Assembly (NCBI RefSeq): GCF_001194135.2
Contig: NC_068997.1
Location: 18,986,992-19,019,512, forward strand
From: Octopus bimaculoides
Lineage: Eukaryota
DNA length: 32,521 nucleotides
Reading direction: 5' to 3'
In this document: positions 31,553-32,521 of the stretch, in pieces
Layout of the letters: each line of letters opens with the position of its first letter
How positions within the stretch are numbered: position 1 is the first letter of the stretch
The notes under the pieces: generated by a model
Database searches by the model: none
What the model saw: only the letters and a program-made list of their open reading frames with translations
Told to the model about the DNA's origin: nothing
Translations under genes and position numbers: made by a program

Positions 31553-32119
31553 CCTTTAATAAAAAAAAAATAAAATTCTGTTGTCAGTGGGAACAAACAA
31601 AAACAACGATACCGAAGCAAATCTCACAACAGTAGAGAGCTCCATAAAGTTGCGGCGGATGATTCAAAATTCAACAGAGTTGTCTCTCAATAAGAAGCAG
31701 CTATCCAAGGAAAACAACTCTTGTCAAAAACATGTTTATTAATTCCCTTTACAATGTGTTTTTTTTCTTTTTCCTTTTTTTTTTTCTGTGTTCCTGGGAT
31801 AATGTTTTCTCAAAAATCAAATGGGAAGCATTGTTAGAGCCGTTCAGTCGCCGGACAAAACGAGTTCCGATATAAACCATGATGGAAATCGCATTTATTG
31901 CTTCACATCCTGAGATTGAAATCTAATAGTTTATCCATAACAAAAGTAAAGTGAGTCGAAGGGAAAAAGAATAGAAGTTCATTTAGCAGTAATAAAAAAT
32001 TGCATTTATTTCAATTACAAGTTAAAGCAATTTCATTTCATATCACACACATAGTTGTAATTGGGAAAGTCATAATCTCCACAAGATCTTGTTTAACGTT
32101 AACACACACTGCTGCTACT

Positions 32120-32451
32120 GAGACCCCCTTCGGTAATGACTGACCATGGGATTGCACCTAGAAAGTTACCCTTCCAGGGACAAGTCCGGGCAAGGTTGTT
32201 TATGGAAAACCAGCAGTCACCCATGCATACCGGTCTCCCTTCTCCATGCCACCAGTGTTATCCAAAGGGAAAGGCAAAGGCTGATACAGCTTGGCACCTG
32301 TGACGTCGCAACTCATTTCTACAGCTAAGTGAACTGGAGCAACGCGGAATAAAGTGTCTTGCTCAAAAACATAACACGCAGCCTGGTCCGGGATTCGAAC
32401 TCACAACCTCACGATCGTAAGCTCAACGCTCTAACCACTGAGCCATGCGCC
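32120..32451 (-). mobile_element. tRNA-derived SINE family D, full length
   Basis: Head GGCGCATGGCTCAGTGGTTAGAGCG..GAGTTCGAATCCC with Pol III A and B boxes, followed by TTGAGCAAGACACTTT. Confidence 0.9.
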
Positions 32452-32486
32452 TTCCCAACGCTAGCTATAGTGATATAGATATACAC

Positions 32487-32521
<35 letters not shown>

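Noticed and set aside
32380-32451. tRNA gene
   Set aside because: A and B boxes are present but the sequence continues into a SINE body shared with 28531-28795 and has no complete acceptor stem.
1-32521. Remaining ORF-track entries (YI/HT/poly-X and X-containing ORFs), and any CRISPR, operon or prokaryotic system
   Set aside because: These ORFs come from microsatellites, SINEs or N gaps. No repeat-spacer array or prokaryotic gene organisation is present.

Overview
AT-rich, microsatellite- and SINE-dense eukaryotic genomic DNA with five N gaps. The SINE families resemble those I recall from octopus, so a coleoid cephalopod source is an inference. The window holds one minus-strand protein-coding gene, a CIBAR1/FAM92 orthologue (ciliary BAR-domain protein). 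Nine coding exons are recoverable between 31552 and 6121. One frame-restoring exon is missing and probably lies in the gap at 26644-26855. The gene appears to contain a 6.7-kb U12-type (minor spliceosome) intron followed directly by a 6-nt microexon (Ala-Gln), and it ends in a coding poly-Asp repeat. The rest is transposon debris: at least five SINE-like families, RTE and R4/Dong-type LINE remnants, Tc1/mariner and hAT elements. Minimal type I hammerhead-ribozyme motifs sit next to (TA)n tracts. The best one has a G3:C8 core swap, is bracketed by inverted repeats and lies in sense orientation inside the U12 intron. A perfect 256-bp palindrome abuts one gap.
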